NCBI RefSeq assembly: GCF_006345805.1
Contig: NC_043000.1
Location: forward strand, 112,468,001 to 112,532,000
Direction: 5' to 3'
Length of the DNA stretch: 64,000 bases
Source: Octopus sinensis
Taxonomy: Eukaryota
The translations under genes and the position numbers were made by a program. This document shows positions 12,298 through 24,500 of the stretch, in pieces. Below the pieces are notes generated by a model, which was not told where the DNA came from, made no database searches, and saw only the letters and a list, made by a program, of their open reading frames with translations. Within the stretch, counting starts at the first letter, position 1. Each line of letters opens with the position of its first letter.

Positions 12298-12759
12298 TGT
12301 AATAAATTATGTTTACATGTCTGCACTAATACGGCTGCAGTGCATTATGCAATATAATTGTATATTTAGAAATCAATGCAGATGTAGAAAGCTAGCTCAT
12401 CAGATCACCAGAACATCTGGGTTATACTTAATATGTAATGGTTCTGAGCGGGCAAGCTATATCCAGCTGAAAGTTCACAAATTCTAATACATAAGATCCA
12501 TCTTAGAAACTGCTAATGGTTTTAGGTTTGTAAATAGATTTACCATGTTCTTCATGAATTGGTTTTCAATGTATTTTATCCTTCTTTATTTCATAATAAT
12601 CATCATCATCATCATCATCATTTAACATCTATTTTCCATGCTGGCATGGGTGGACAGTTTGACTGGAGCTGGTAAGCTGGAGGGCTACACCAACAGTCGT
12701 CTGTTTTGGTATAGTTTCTATGGCTGGACGTCCTTCCTAGCATCAACCACTTTAATAAT

Positions 12760-12940
12760 AACAATGAAATTATTGTATACAGTGCTCAGGTGTCCCACAA
12801 CTTGTCAAAAGTGTGTATAAAGCATATGCAGTAATGTAGAAATGTCTGGGAAGTGAACAGTGTATGAGTCAGATACATGCTTGTGTGTGTATGGAGAGGA
12901 GAAAAATCAGGTGTAGTGTTGGCGAATCTCAGGATGCTGG
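12760..12940 (-). mobile_element. CR1-like LINE 3' UTR fragment
   Basis: Similar to 53890-54045, which adjoins CR1 RT coding sequence. Confidence 0.5.
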
Positions 12941-13239
12941 ACTGGGTGCTTTTTACTTGACAGTTTCACCAGTGCTTTTTTACATGGCACCAGTGCTTTT
13001 TATGTGACACTAGAATGGGTGGGTCAAACAGTTGTGACTCTCTATCAGTGGTAATTTGCTACGGGTTTAACTATGCAGAGCATTACCTATCCCACTGGGT
13101 TTGTTGACTTTAATATATGAAAACCAAAGCAATAAGAAATACCTTTCTTGACAAACTAGGGTTGGAGGCAGGAAGAGTATCCAGTTGTATAATGCTCTGA
13201 AAGTCTCTCCAGTTCATGCTAGCTAGGAAGAAGTGGACA

Positions 13240-13468
13240 TTAACCCTTTTATTATTGAATTTATTTTGAGATGCTCTGTGTTTCTTTCAATTACTTTAAA
13301 TATAACAAAGAATTTGGTAAAATAACTTAGTTATCATTAAGCTAGTGTTAGGAACATAAATTGTGACTATGGTTTGGTGGAAGATTTTAATTCAAAACTT
13401 ACGAAAACAAGACATTCGTAATACAGAGCCAAAGCCGGTTTCAGCCGGGTTGGTAATGAAAGGGTTAA
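13240..13468 (-). mobile_element. piggyBac-type MITE, family 1
   Basis: TTAA-CCCTTT...AAAGGG-TTAA ends; body matches 17627-17845 in reverse. Confidence 0.8.
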
Positions 13469-13489
13469 AATGATGATGATAATGTGTTG

Positions 13490-13700
13490 CCCTGCCTGGC
13501 AAAGCCTCACCAACAGAGGTGCTGCCTTCTACGAACAAAAAGAGATTGCAGGGGCACAAAGAAAATGCAAACTGCACAAGTCCAGAGCCAACTCCTTGTC
13601 TCCAGTCCCAACAGACCACCAGTGCACAACCTGCAGTAGATCTTTCTGAGCAAACATGAGACTGATTGGCCTCAGCTGGTCACACCATGCCCTCCATTAT
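13490..13700 (+). mobile_element. RTE LINE C-terminal remnant with a C2H2-like zinc finger
   Basis: LTNRGAAFYEQKEIAGAQRKCKLHKSRANSLSPVPTDHQCTTCSRSF*ANMRLIGL, similar to RTE ...CPxCxRxFxxxIGLxSH ends. Confidence 0.65.
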
Positions 13701-13710
13701 CGTATGTGAT

Positions 13711-14080
13711 GCCCCATGCTAGTAGGGTGCTAAGAGCACCATCCGAGCGTTATCGTTGCCAGAGCGGCTAACTGGCTTCTGGTGCCGGTGGCATGTAGGA
13801 GGCACCATTCGAGCAGGATCGTTATCAGCATCGCCTTACTGGCACCTGTGCCGTTGGCATGTGTAAAAAAAAATTCGAGTGAGGTCGTTGCCAGTACCAG
13901 TGGCACGTAAAAGCACCCACTACACTCTCGGAGTGTTTGGCGTTAGGAAGGGCATCCAGCTGTAGAAACTCTGCCAGATCAAGATTGGAGTCTGGTGCAG
14001 CCATCTGGTTCACCAGCTCTCAGTCAAACCGTCCAACCCATGCTAGCATGGAAAGCAGACGTTAAATGATGATGATGATG
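13711..14080 (+). mobile_element. VNTR-SINE
   Basis: Internal units, core and (gat)n tail; ends about 145 bp upstream of exon 14225. Confidence 0.8.
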
Positions 14081-14224
14081 TCTTTGGTCATCATTGATGA
14101 CAATAGATGAATTTATTAAAAATGGCATTTAATACCAATATCTACTCCGTGTGTGTGTGTGTGTGTGTGTGTGTTTGTTTACCTTTTCATTTATTGATGT
14201 ATTTTTAAAATTTTATATTTGTAG

Positions 14225-14310
14225 AAAGCCCACTTAAGTTTCCTGGATGTCTTAATGAAAGCCTACGTTAATACTTTGGTGTCTATAGATCATATTGTAC
14301 ACAGCCTTTG
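14225..14310 (+). CDS. CAMSAP: CAMSAP exon ([28 protein letters not shown])
   Basis: tttgtag acceptor, gtaagt donor, 86 nt, phase 0 to 2. Resembles the vertebrate SAHMAMVDALMMAY segment. Not in the ORF track. Confidence 0.88.
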
Positions 14311-17300
14311 GTAAGTTTTTTACCTTTTATACATTAGGTGAGAACTTGTAGGGACTAAATAGACTTTTCATTACCATATTTCCAATCATGTACACTGCTT
14401 ATGCATTGAAATTATTTTCATTTTGAAAAGAATAAAAAGTTTGGAGGAATTTACCAATATTACTGTTTGGAATGTAAAACTATAAAGAAAGGTCTTAGTT
14501 TCATTACGGGCACTTCAAAATGTGAGGTTTTTGTATTCTGGGATAAGGAACAATCTCAGAGCTGAACCAGTTATTTCTCGGTCTCAATCAGCATGTTCAC
14601 AATAAAAGTGTTTGGTGAGGGTAAACATGGGGGCAACACAACGACAAGAAATTCTGTGGATTTAATGATTCTTGGTCTATGGTTTGGTGAAGACATTTCC
14701 AATGTGACCAGATTATGTTGTGGGGCGGGGAGGGGGGTTCTTTCCTTACTGTATTGAACCAGTTGTTCCCATTCTGGTTTTGTTGCAGAACCCGTTTCCA
14801 TTTTCCATAAGTTGCAGAATCCATACCTATATTTTACAGACAATCCCTGTCAAGCTAGTCTTAGACATAAAATGAAATAAAAATGGTTTTTGTTAAAGAA
14901 TTTCTTCATATATGTTAAAAAACAAAAAAGGTGAAGGTGCATGGCTAAGCGGTTAAAGTATTAGGGTCACTACCATAAGGCCACAAGTTCAATTTCTGGT
15001 GGCATATTGTATCCTTGAGCAAGACACTTTATTTCACATTGCTCCAGTTCCACTCAGCTGGCAAAAATAAGCAGTACCTTTATTTCAAAGGGGCCAGCCT
15101 TGTCACACTCTGTGTCATGCTGAATCTCTCTGAGAACCTATGTTTTAAGGGTATGCATGTATCTGTGGAGTACTCAGCCACTTGCATGTTAATTTCATGA
15201 GCAGGCTGTTCCATTTATTGGACCAACTGAATCCCTCATTGGTTGCAACCAAAGAGTGCCAGTTTTTATATGTGGAAAAAAAATTTTTTTCTACTAAAGT
15301 CACAAGACCTGAAATTGTGGGGGAGGGGTGGGGCTAGTCGATTACATCGGCCCCTGTGTTTCACTGGTCATTAATTTATCAACTCCGAAAGGATGAAAGG
15401 CAAAGTTGACCTCAAAGGAATTTGAACTCGGAAGATAGTGACAAGTGAAATACTGCTGAGAATTTCATCCTGCGTGCTAACGATTGGTACCCTTATTAAT
15501 AATGTTTCCCTTTTTCTTTCTCCGTTCCTATTTCAGTTGCTTTACTAACCTTGATGTCTCCCAACACATATTGAGTACTGTAGAAGATGCATTATTATTA
15601 TGGGTGAATCAAGTCTGCCTTTATGTCCAACAGTTATTACATAAGGAAAGCCAGAGTCATCACGATGCCCTCAGTGGTCAGAAGTTTGTGAGTAGCACCC
15701 TTCATTTATATATACCTATTTTGGGGATTCTGTACCGAATTTATTGTGTGTGTGTGTGTGTAATATATAAACTAAAAACAAATGGAGTGTGCAACATTTG
15801 TTTCACTAAGGACTTTTATTTAACGTAATCATAATAGATTACATCATTCCTCAACTGGCTGGCTTTCTGATTAATTGGAATACCTGCCAATTGAGGTTGA
15901 CTAGGTTTAAATTCACCTGATGAGCTGGTCAATCTACATAATGTATGATATAGTTTGGCGATCTTTCGGTACAAGTACCATAACTGCCACCTGTGTTTGT
16001 TTACATTTGAAGAAGATGATCGTCACTTTCCGTAAAGTTTTTTTTTATATATGGGGGGTTAGGGTGGGGGAAAAGGGTTTCTTTTTTCTTCAGAAATGTA
16101 AATAAACCCATGTGGGTTTATAATTGGCATTTATGGTACTTGTACCGAAAGATCGCTTATAGTTCTTTATGACTACATTTAATAAAGATTTCCAACGTTG
16201 CAAATTTAAACTTGATTTGTCTTCTGTACAGTGTTACATTAGTCGGACTGCTGTCCTCATCTTCGTTGTTACTTTTCACTACATCTCGACTGTTGAACAC
16301 TTGAGCTTTCTTCAGGTGTCTTGTGATTCACCTCAGTGCATTGTTTGGAATCGAACTTGGAACCTCTAGTTGCCTGCACTGCATTAACCAATGCCTTCAT
16401 CCACTATGTCCTCATTTTAGAAATACAAAACTCTATTCGTCTTTTTTTTTTTTTATACTTGAGCCACAGCAGGAGTTCCCCTACTTATAGGATATTTGGT
16501 AAATAATTGAAATTTAGAATTACCCAACAACAATATCAAATAGCGACCAATCTTTAAGTCCATACAAATAATAATCCCACCAGTCTTCCATAGTTACAGC
16601 TATAATAATTCTGTTATCTTCAGACCAGAGGTCACTCTTTCAATCATTTGCAGTAAAGTGGCCCCTGTTAACGAAATTTAAGGGCAAGTGACTGGTTTTA
16701 ACCTGTGTGATGGATTGTTTATTAACCTAAATATTCTCTACGTTGTCATCGACTTTGTTATACCCTAAAGAGGAATTGCTGTTTGGCTCTTTGTTTTAAT
16801 TAAGATGTGAGAAACTTGGCTTAATTTGTATTTGCTGTTAAACTGTAGTATTTGACAAAACTTAGGAACAGCTGAAAGGATTGTTTGAATAATAAACCCA
16901 AAAGTTCCTTTTGAAACTGAGGAAATGTGAATTGTTGGGTAAAGGGAAGATAACTCACTATTATCTCGTTACACTGCAAAGAAGGGTAGGCAGTGGTCAA
17001 AGGTCATTGTCTCCAAAAAGCATTGGTCAGTAGATGTATTGGCTAAATATTTCACAGTAGTAGTTAGTGGTCATGGCCATTTAATGACTGACCAGCAAGA
17101 TTACAAACTATTCAAGCCACTCAGTGTACACCATTGAAGCAGTTTTAAATTAAAATAGCAATTTATGTATCATACTTAATGTATATACACTGGCCTATCA
17201 GTGATGCACATTATGATGAGTAAATGACTATTTAAAAGATTACTTTCTATTAGTATTAATTACATTATATTGTTTTAATTAAAAAAAAATTACGTTAAGA

Positions 17301-18523
17301 TTTACATTTATAGATTCCAGTTTGGTACAGTTTGAATTTTAGAGAGTATAGTTTAGAATGACCCAACTTTCATAAGAATTATTTTCTTTGCAGTGTGATC
17401 CTACGATACCAGTGTTAAATGGATTGAGTAATATTGGAGATGGATGTAGTCTGGCTGTGTTAATAAGCTTCTACTGCTCGGATAGCTTAAGATTACAAGG
17501 TAAGGGAAATGTGTTTCACGTCCATTTGTGATGTTAGTCACTTCTCTCTCTTCTCTTCTTTTCTTTGTTAACACTTGAAAAACTCCGTAAAAATGTTGAT
17601 ACTTCTGTCACCCCTTTCAGAAGTGTTTAACCCTTTCGCTACCAAACCGGCTCTGGCTCTGAGTACAAATGTCTTGTTTTCATTAGTTCTTAATTAAAAT
17701 CTTCCACCAAACTTTAGTCACAATTTATGTTCCTAACACTAGCTGAATGATAAGTAAGTTATTTTACTAAATTCTTTGTAATATTTAAAATTAATTGAAA
17801 GAAACACAGAGCATCTCAACAGAAATAATGTAACAAAAGGGTTAATAGTTGCTTTATATCCTTCAGAACTGTTGATTTTGACTTCATCATTTGTCCATCA
17901 TATTATAGGATCATTGCTGGGATAATCCTCACAATTATCGCTTGAACATTCTGTATCTGCAGCGTTACGGATGAGGAAGTTAGTGTCACTGTCAACTTCA
18001 ACAAACACTTCTCTATTCTAACACTCTGGAAGACTTCTCTACTTGACCTGTGGGCAATAGCAGCTAAATCTCTCTCAAGCCACATCCTATTTCTTGATAA
18101 AAACAGAAGGATACAGTGTAGCCCTAGGTATATGATGTATCTGAATAAAAGAATAAAACAAAAAAAACTGGGTGATCACGGATAAAACCTTTCATCATGT
18201 CGTCGCCAGTGCCGCTGGACTGGCTCCTGTGCAGGTGGCACATAAGAAGCACCATTTGGGTGTGGCTGTTGCCAATATCACCAAACTGGCCCTCGTGCCA
18301 GTGGCACATAAAAGCACCCACTACACTCTCGGAGTGGTTGGCGTTAGGCAGGGCATCCAGCTGTAGAAACTCTGCCAGATCAGATTGGAGTCTGGTTTGC
18401 CAGACCTCAGTCAAATCACCCAACCCATGCTAGCATGGAAAGCAGATGTTAAATGATGATGATGATGATGATGATTGGCTTACTTGGACAGGGCTGACCT
18501 GGAGTTAAACAGCAAATAATGTT

Positions 18524-18559
<36 letters not shown>

Positions 18560-21500
18560 ATCCCTAGTACTGATGTGAACATCCCTGCAAACTATTTTGT
18601 AACAAGGGCCTTGCTGAAAACATTATATATTGTACTAAGGGCAAGTCACATGGTCAGAGCTCATCCATCTCTTAACTGTATTCAGAAGAGAAGCTGAACT
18701 CACTATGCAGTTGTTACCGCTTCGCCTCCGGTGAGCCAGCAGGACCGTTAGCACATCAGGTGAAATGCTTAACGGTATTTCATCTGCTGCTACGTTCTGA
18801 GTCCAAATTCCGCCGAGGTCGACTTTGCCTTTCGTCCTTTCGGGGTCGATTAAAAAAAGTACCAGTTACGCACTGGGGTCAATATAATCGATTTAATCAG
18901 TTTGTCTGTCCTTGTTTGTCCTCTCTGTGTTTAACCCCTTGTGGGTAGTAAAGAAATAGGTATTTCTTCAGATTTGTGGATTTGGCCATGCAGCAGAAAA
19001 CTGACTCTGCCATTGACACACTATTATACAGTTACGTTTATGTTGAGTTAGAAACCACTGGTGTCTCTCAGCTGTTTGACTGGTTCCTCTGTTAAACAGT
19101 TACCAAATTTAGAGATAATTATCTCATCTGCACATTGATACCAGTGCTTTCAGCAATGTTTCCATATCAGAACAGTTTTATATTTTTGGTCAAAAGCTTT
19201 TCAGAAAAGTGTGAACACATGATCCTGTGTGTCGGACAAATTTAGTTTATTCTCTTTTACTCTCTTTCACTTGTTTCAGTCATTTGACTGCGGCCATGCT
19301 GGAGCACTGCCTTTAGTCAAGCAAATCGACTCCAGGACTTATTCTTTGTAAGCCTAGTAGTTATTTTATCAGTCTCTTTTGCTATGGTGAAAGTGGGAGT
19401 CCGGATGGCCCCTGTGCAATGACAATCCGAACATAGACGGGTGTTGTAATGAATGACTGGTAGATCAGAAATGGCGCGAGACTAGGGGTGTCATTGCTGA
19501 GTCTAATGTCTTGGAGATGCTTAGAAGTGATGCACATTACTAGAATTTTCAACCTCAGTCAGACAGAGCGAACTACTCCAAACCATTGTCAGAGTATCAT
19601 CATCATCACTGTCGTTTAACGTCTGCTTTCCATGCTGGCATGGATTGGATGGTTTGACTGAGGACTGGCAAGCCAGAAGGCTGCACCAGGCTCTAATCTG
19701 ATCTGGCTGAGTTTCTACAGCTGGATGCCCTTCCTAATGCCAACCACTCCGAGAGTGTAATGGGTGCTTTTTACATGCCACTGGCACTGCATAAATAGTC
19801 AGGACTGGCTACTTTGTATTGGCATCAAATCACATAAATTATGATAATGAAGTCAAGGCAAAGAATATTTTGAAAGCATTTAATATGTATGTTTCAGATC
19901 ATTGCATAATATTCAGGGTGGCCCAAAAGTAGGTTTAAAGTTATCATGTAGGCACTTTAAATTTCTACCTTACAAACTGAAAAAGGAACTTGACAAAATT
20001 AACTAAATTAGCATAGAATAATGGCTTCCTATTTTTTCTACAATTAAAATCTAAACTCTTAATGTAAGAATGTGAAAGAGATCATTGAATAGCTGTAAAC
20101 CTACTTTTGGGCCACCCTGTATAATAGGGAATGCATCCTTATGCAAGGCATTCCTCAGTTAATACTTTTCAATACACACACACACACGAACTAGCAGAAT
20201 TGTTAGTATGCTAGGCAAAATGCTTAGCAGTGTTTTGTCTGTCCTTATGCTCTGAGCTCAAATCCCACCAAGGCTGACTTTACCTTTCATCCTTTTGGGG
20301 TCAATAAAATAAAGACCAGTTGAGCCCTGGGGTTGATTGTAATAGACTTAACTACCCCTCTGCCAAGCCATGTTGAGCCAGTATGATCTCAAGCTCAAAT
20401 TCACAGCCTCTGCATCAAAAAAACATACTGAGTCCACTTCATCCCGTAGTGGACTGAACATAGACAATCCAATTCATATCCCCCCCCCCACTGTTTGCAT
20501 TGGCTAATACTTTAGTTTTAATTTATTTTGCAGATATTGTAATAAAGAAATCCCCAAGTATTGCTGATTGCCTTTTCAATTTGCGGTTGATAAAGAACTT
20601 CTGTGACCGTTACTTGTCTACACCGAAATGCTTTCATTTTACCTATGAAGACCTGCTCTATTGCAATGAATTTATCACCCTTAATGTATATGTCTACTTA
20701 GCTGAATTATTTAATAAATTTGAAAATCCTTCATCCAGTTCTTCAACAAATCTACAAACAGAAAATAAAAGTAAGTGTATTTATATTTTTCTTTCATTTG
20801 TGAGTGGAAGGCAAACTCTGCAGAAAGCTGAAGAAAATTTTTTTTTTTGGATGTCTTTAGTTATGTCTAATTTTTATGTCATATCTTGCTAGAATCAACT
20901 TTTGCCCTCATTCCTCTGGGTTTGATAAAATAAGCAGTAGTCATATATTTGGAATCAATTCAGTTGACTGTGCCCCTCCCTTGGGAATTTTTGGCCTTAT
21001 GCCTAAATAAGTTGTTTATATTGTAGAGAATATAAGCAATAGTAAAGTTTAAACGAAATACTTTACGTTTCATATTCACTTGTTCACAACCCAAGTGATG
21101 ACAGTCTCACTCTCTTCCTTGTTCTCGAGCAAAACGCAGGGGCCAGAAATGTTAAGTACTTCACTCCTGATTGTAACCGAACTCCTCAGACTCTTTTGTC
21201 AACTCTACTAATCACTGTACAGTACTGAGATCAAATTACATCAGTGGACATTGTAGTTCTTCACACTGGGGCAGAATGTAGAAATACTAGTTTTTTATCA
21301 TCATCATTATCATTATTATTATTTTGTTTTATTTTGTGATTAAGAAATTCCCTTCAAAATCACTTTGTTCAAGGTTTGATCCCACTCTGCATTGGGCATG
21401 TCTTTTTCTATACCTTTGGTTTTGACTTAATCCCCTTAAGACAAATTGAATAGATGGAAACAGATGTACTGTGTCTGTTGGTGTGGAGCTGTCTGGAGCT

Positions 21501-24500
21501 TTCGACTGGTTTTATACCACCATTTGGCACTTTGGGACTTTTAGACGAGTCTACATTCTGCTGCACATATTCTGGTCAGGCCTCTGGTCTGAGTATTGAT
21601 GCAGGTGTGGCTACGTGAAAAAGAAACTTGCTCCCCAACCACGTGGTCACGTGTTCAGTTCCACTGTGTGGCACCATGTCCAGGTGCCATCTACTGTAGC
21701 TCTGGGCCAGCCAAAGCCTTGTTAATGGCTTTGATGCAGAGATACTGAAAGAGACCTATTATATGTATATATGGGTGTGTGTATTTGACAGCAAGCGATG
21801 GTTGTAAATGATGATGATGATCATCATCATAACACAAGCAATGTTGTTTATTTCCTGTCTTCCATGTAAAAAAAAATGTATCTGGTCATGGGGAAATGAC
21901 TTCACTTGAAAACAGGTGAGGGTCGGCAGCAGGGAAGGCACCCAACTATAAAAATCTGCTTCAACAAATTCTGTCTGACCCATGCATGAATGGAAAATTG
22001 GACATTAAATGATGATGATGGTGTATCTTATTGCAACAGTCTATGAGTAATGGGCTCTTCTCTCACCCCCAAAGTTTTTTTGGTCTCTGTACAAGCTTAT
22101 TGGGTTCTGCCCTTTGTAGTCTGGTTCGGTCATAAATAGAGGCTAAGTCTGTCATTTCTGTATTGGATTGCAGGAGTTCTATCTTTGTGAGATACTGAAT
22201 GAAAGAAAAGGTTCCAACACAATGCCTCTTCATGTACAACAGCTTAACGAGTTTTCTGTTTTCATTTTAGATGGTGTTTCTAATGAGAGAAGATATAGTC
22301 AGCAATCTGTAGCTAATGTACCAATTAGTAATGTCACTAAGAAGAGTTTCCAAACTTACGATGTTAGTTCTATCTCCCAAGATACTTCCAACTCAATGTA
22401 AGTATACCATTTTTAACTTTGAAATATTGTCTCAATCAGTTCTGAACCCCGGTGCATATGAGCCTTAGGGGGTCATATGGAAGATTTTGATGTTAATGTT
22501 TTATGTGCAATAAACTGGTTATATTTCTATGAGATACAAAATATTTTAAGAATATTTTCCATACAATTCCTAATAATCTAGTCTAGTACATATAAATCGC
22601 AGTATGTGTGTGTATAATTACTAATGCATACATTTCCATAATTCTCAACCGATTTTCACCAAACTTTACGCACACATTACTTATGCCCCAAGAATGGTCA
22701 TGCACTATAACATTTTGCCCAGAGGTCGCACGTAAATGGACATGGTTTTTTTGTATGTAGGGTTTTCTATACTTTTTAAATCTCTTTATAAAAATGAAAG
22801 GATTTTGTCTATTTATTTCCGCTGTCCACATCCGGCAGTAATTCAATTGACTAGGAACACTGTACATGATGAATATCCAGTACCAAACTTTCTTAATTTC
22901 CATATTTAAGCTGCATTAAACTTAGGCAAGCTTACTTTTACGTATTCTGAGTTACTTGAAAGGTGATGTTCCCTTCCCTCTCTTCTGATTGTTGATACCT
23001 TTGTTTACCTTTGATACCATTGTTTCACTTTAAGGATTCTTATTTACCCATCCATGATGATATTTCGACAGTTGTCCATTGTTTCAAATACATCTTATCA
23101 TTGTTGTTCTAGCCCTTTTTAAACAATCCCATATGATTCGTCCCAAAGAATCAACCTTTAAATAAGGGTTTTGCTTCCACTAGCGAAAGCTATACATATC
23201 TTTCAGAAAGCTCCATGCCATTTAACTGTATGCGGCATTTGCTGTTTATGCACAGGCTGTGTGGGAAGGCAGAATAAAGGGGCTTTTGTTAGGTTATCTC
23301 TCTGAAAAAATAGCTCCCTTAGCTGTTGAAAAAATAAACTCACAGAGGGGAAGTGTCACCGTCTTCCTTCAATTTCCTTACACCATTTACGAGGCTGTTT
23401 CTGACAAGAAATTTCACTTTCATGTAAAACAACTATATTTTGTAGTCATTATCCGTAATCTACTCCCAAAACACTTCAGTAGCTCTACTTTGCAAACTTA
23501 TATGTTCTATGATCATTAAAAGTGCAACGACCTCCACAATAACCAGCCTTCAATTTGGTTTTCTGTTCCTAGGTTAATCGGAAATATAGATTGCCGTGCT
23601 ACTCATAAACCTTCTCGCTACTTCAGTTATTTGGTGAAAAAGATACCACCAAAGCAACTTAAACCATCCAAAGGATGGGTGCACTTGCTAGTATCTAATT
23701 ATAAAAATACAATAATAGGATATTTTAAGCACTATTCTTTAGTTGGTTCTAAGTTCAGAACTCCTCAAGGATGATTTTTGTCTTTCATGCATTTGCTTTT
23801 GATAAAAACTGTTCTAGTCCAATATTGACCCTTGACTGTAGGCCCTCTCTTGTCTGTGTTTAGAATCTTGATATAAAAGATTTGTGGAAAAATATTAATA
23901 TTAATCTCTCCTCTTTTGTAGTTCTGCTCCTCTAACTCGAGAACCATTGTTATCAAAACGGTATTCACAAAAAGATGGTAAGAATATATATTTTCAAATG
24001 TTTCTTTAGTAATGTTAACATTTTTTAGCAATACTTTGTTGAAAAAAAAGACTTATTTTCCCTCACAAGATACGAAATAATTTTCCAAAAATCTCTAAGA
24101 AATGGGAAGAAATTTCATTTTCTGAATATTATCAAATTATTGCAATATATGTGTAAAAAAAAATTTGATTTTAATCCTGTGGTTCCAAAACACTTACAAA
24201 TTGCAGCATCTTGGGCCTACAAACTCACATCTAGAGCCCCTTTGGTTTATGAAAGGGTATTTAATATACAGATTTGTAAAATAACATCAATCACAGGAAA
24301 TATAAAAGGAACAAGTTATAGTTTTGTAATAAAATAATTGCATTTTCTTTTTTAAAATGTAATTAATTTAACAAACATTAAACTTGTTCAAATGATACAA
24401 ACTTTGACGGTTATATAGTACTAAGTGTAGATACTGTAGTTGTTGTTATTGAACTGTTTAATAGCGATTGACTTTGAAGGGTAGACCAGATATACGATAC

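Noticed and set aside
9235-12357. Repetitive ORFs in the SINE arrays (e.g. 124 aa, 118 aa)
   Set aside because: Products of stop-poor tandem units inside SINEs; no recognisable domain.
15917-15923. Isolated CTGATGA (hammerhead core or C box); also 50882 and 53278
   Set aside because: No downstream GAAA with paired stems and no C/D box architecture. The 53278 case is a mutated SINE consensus.
15954-16031. 78-nt AG...GT segment overlapping the stem, with TAA possibly rescued by A-to-I editing
   Set aside because: A second in-frame TGA follows, so editing the first stop would not open the frame.
23573-23700. Acceptor ttctgttcctag with an open frame as a CAMSAP exon
   Set aside because: No good GT donor in a compatible phase; 23922-23977 bridges the phases cleanly.
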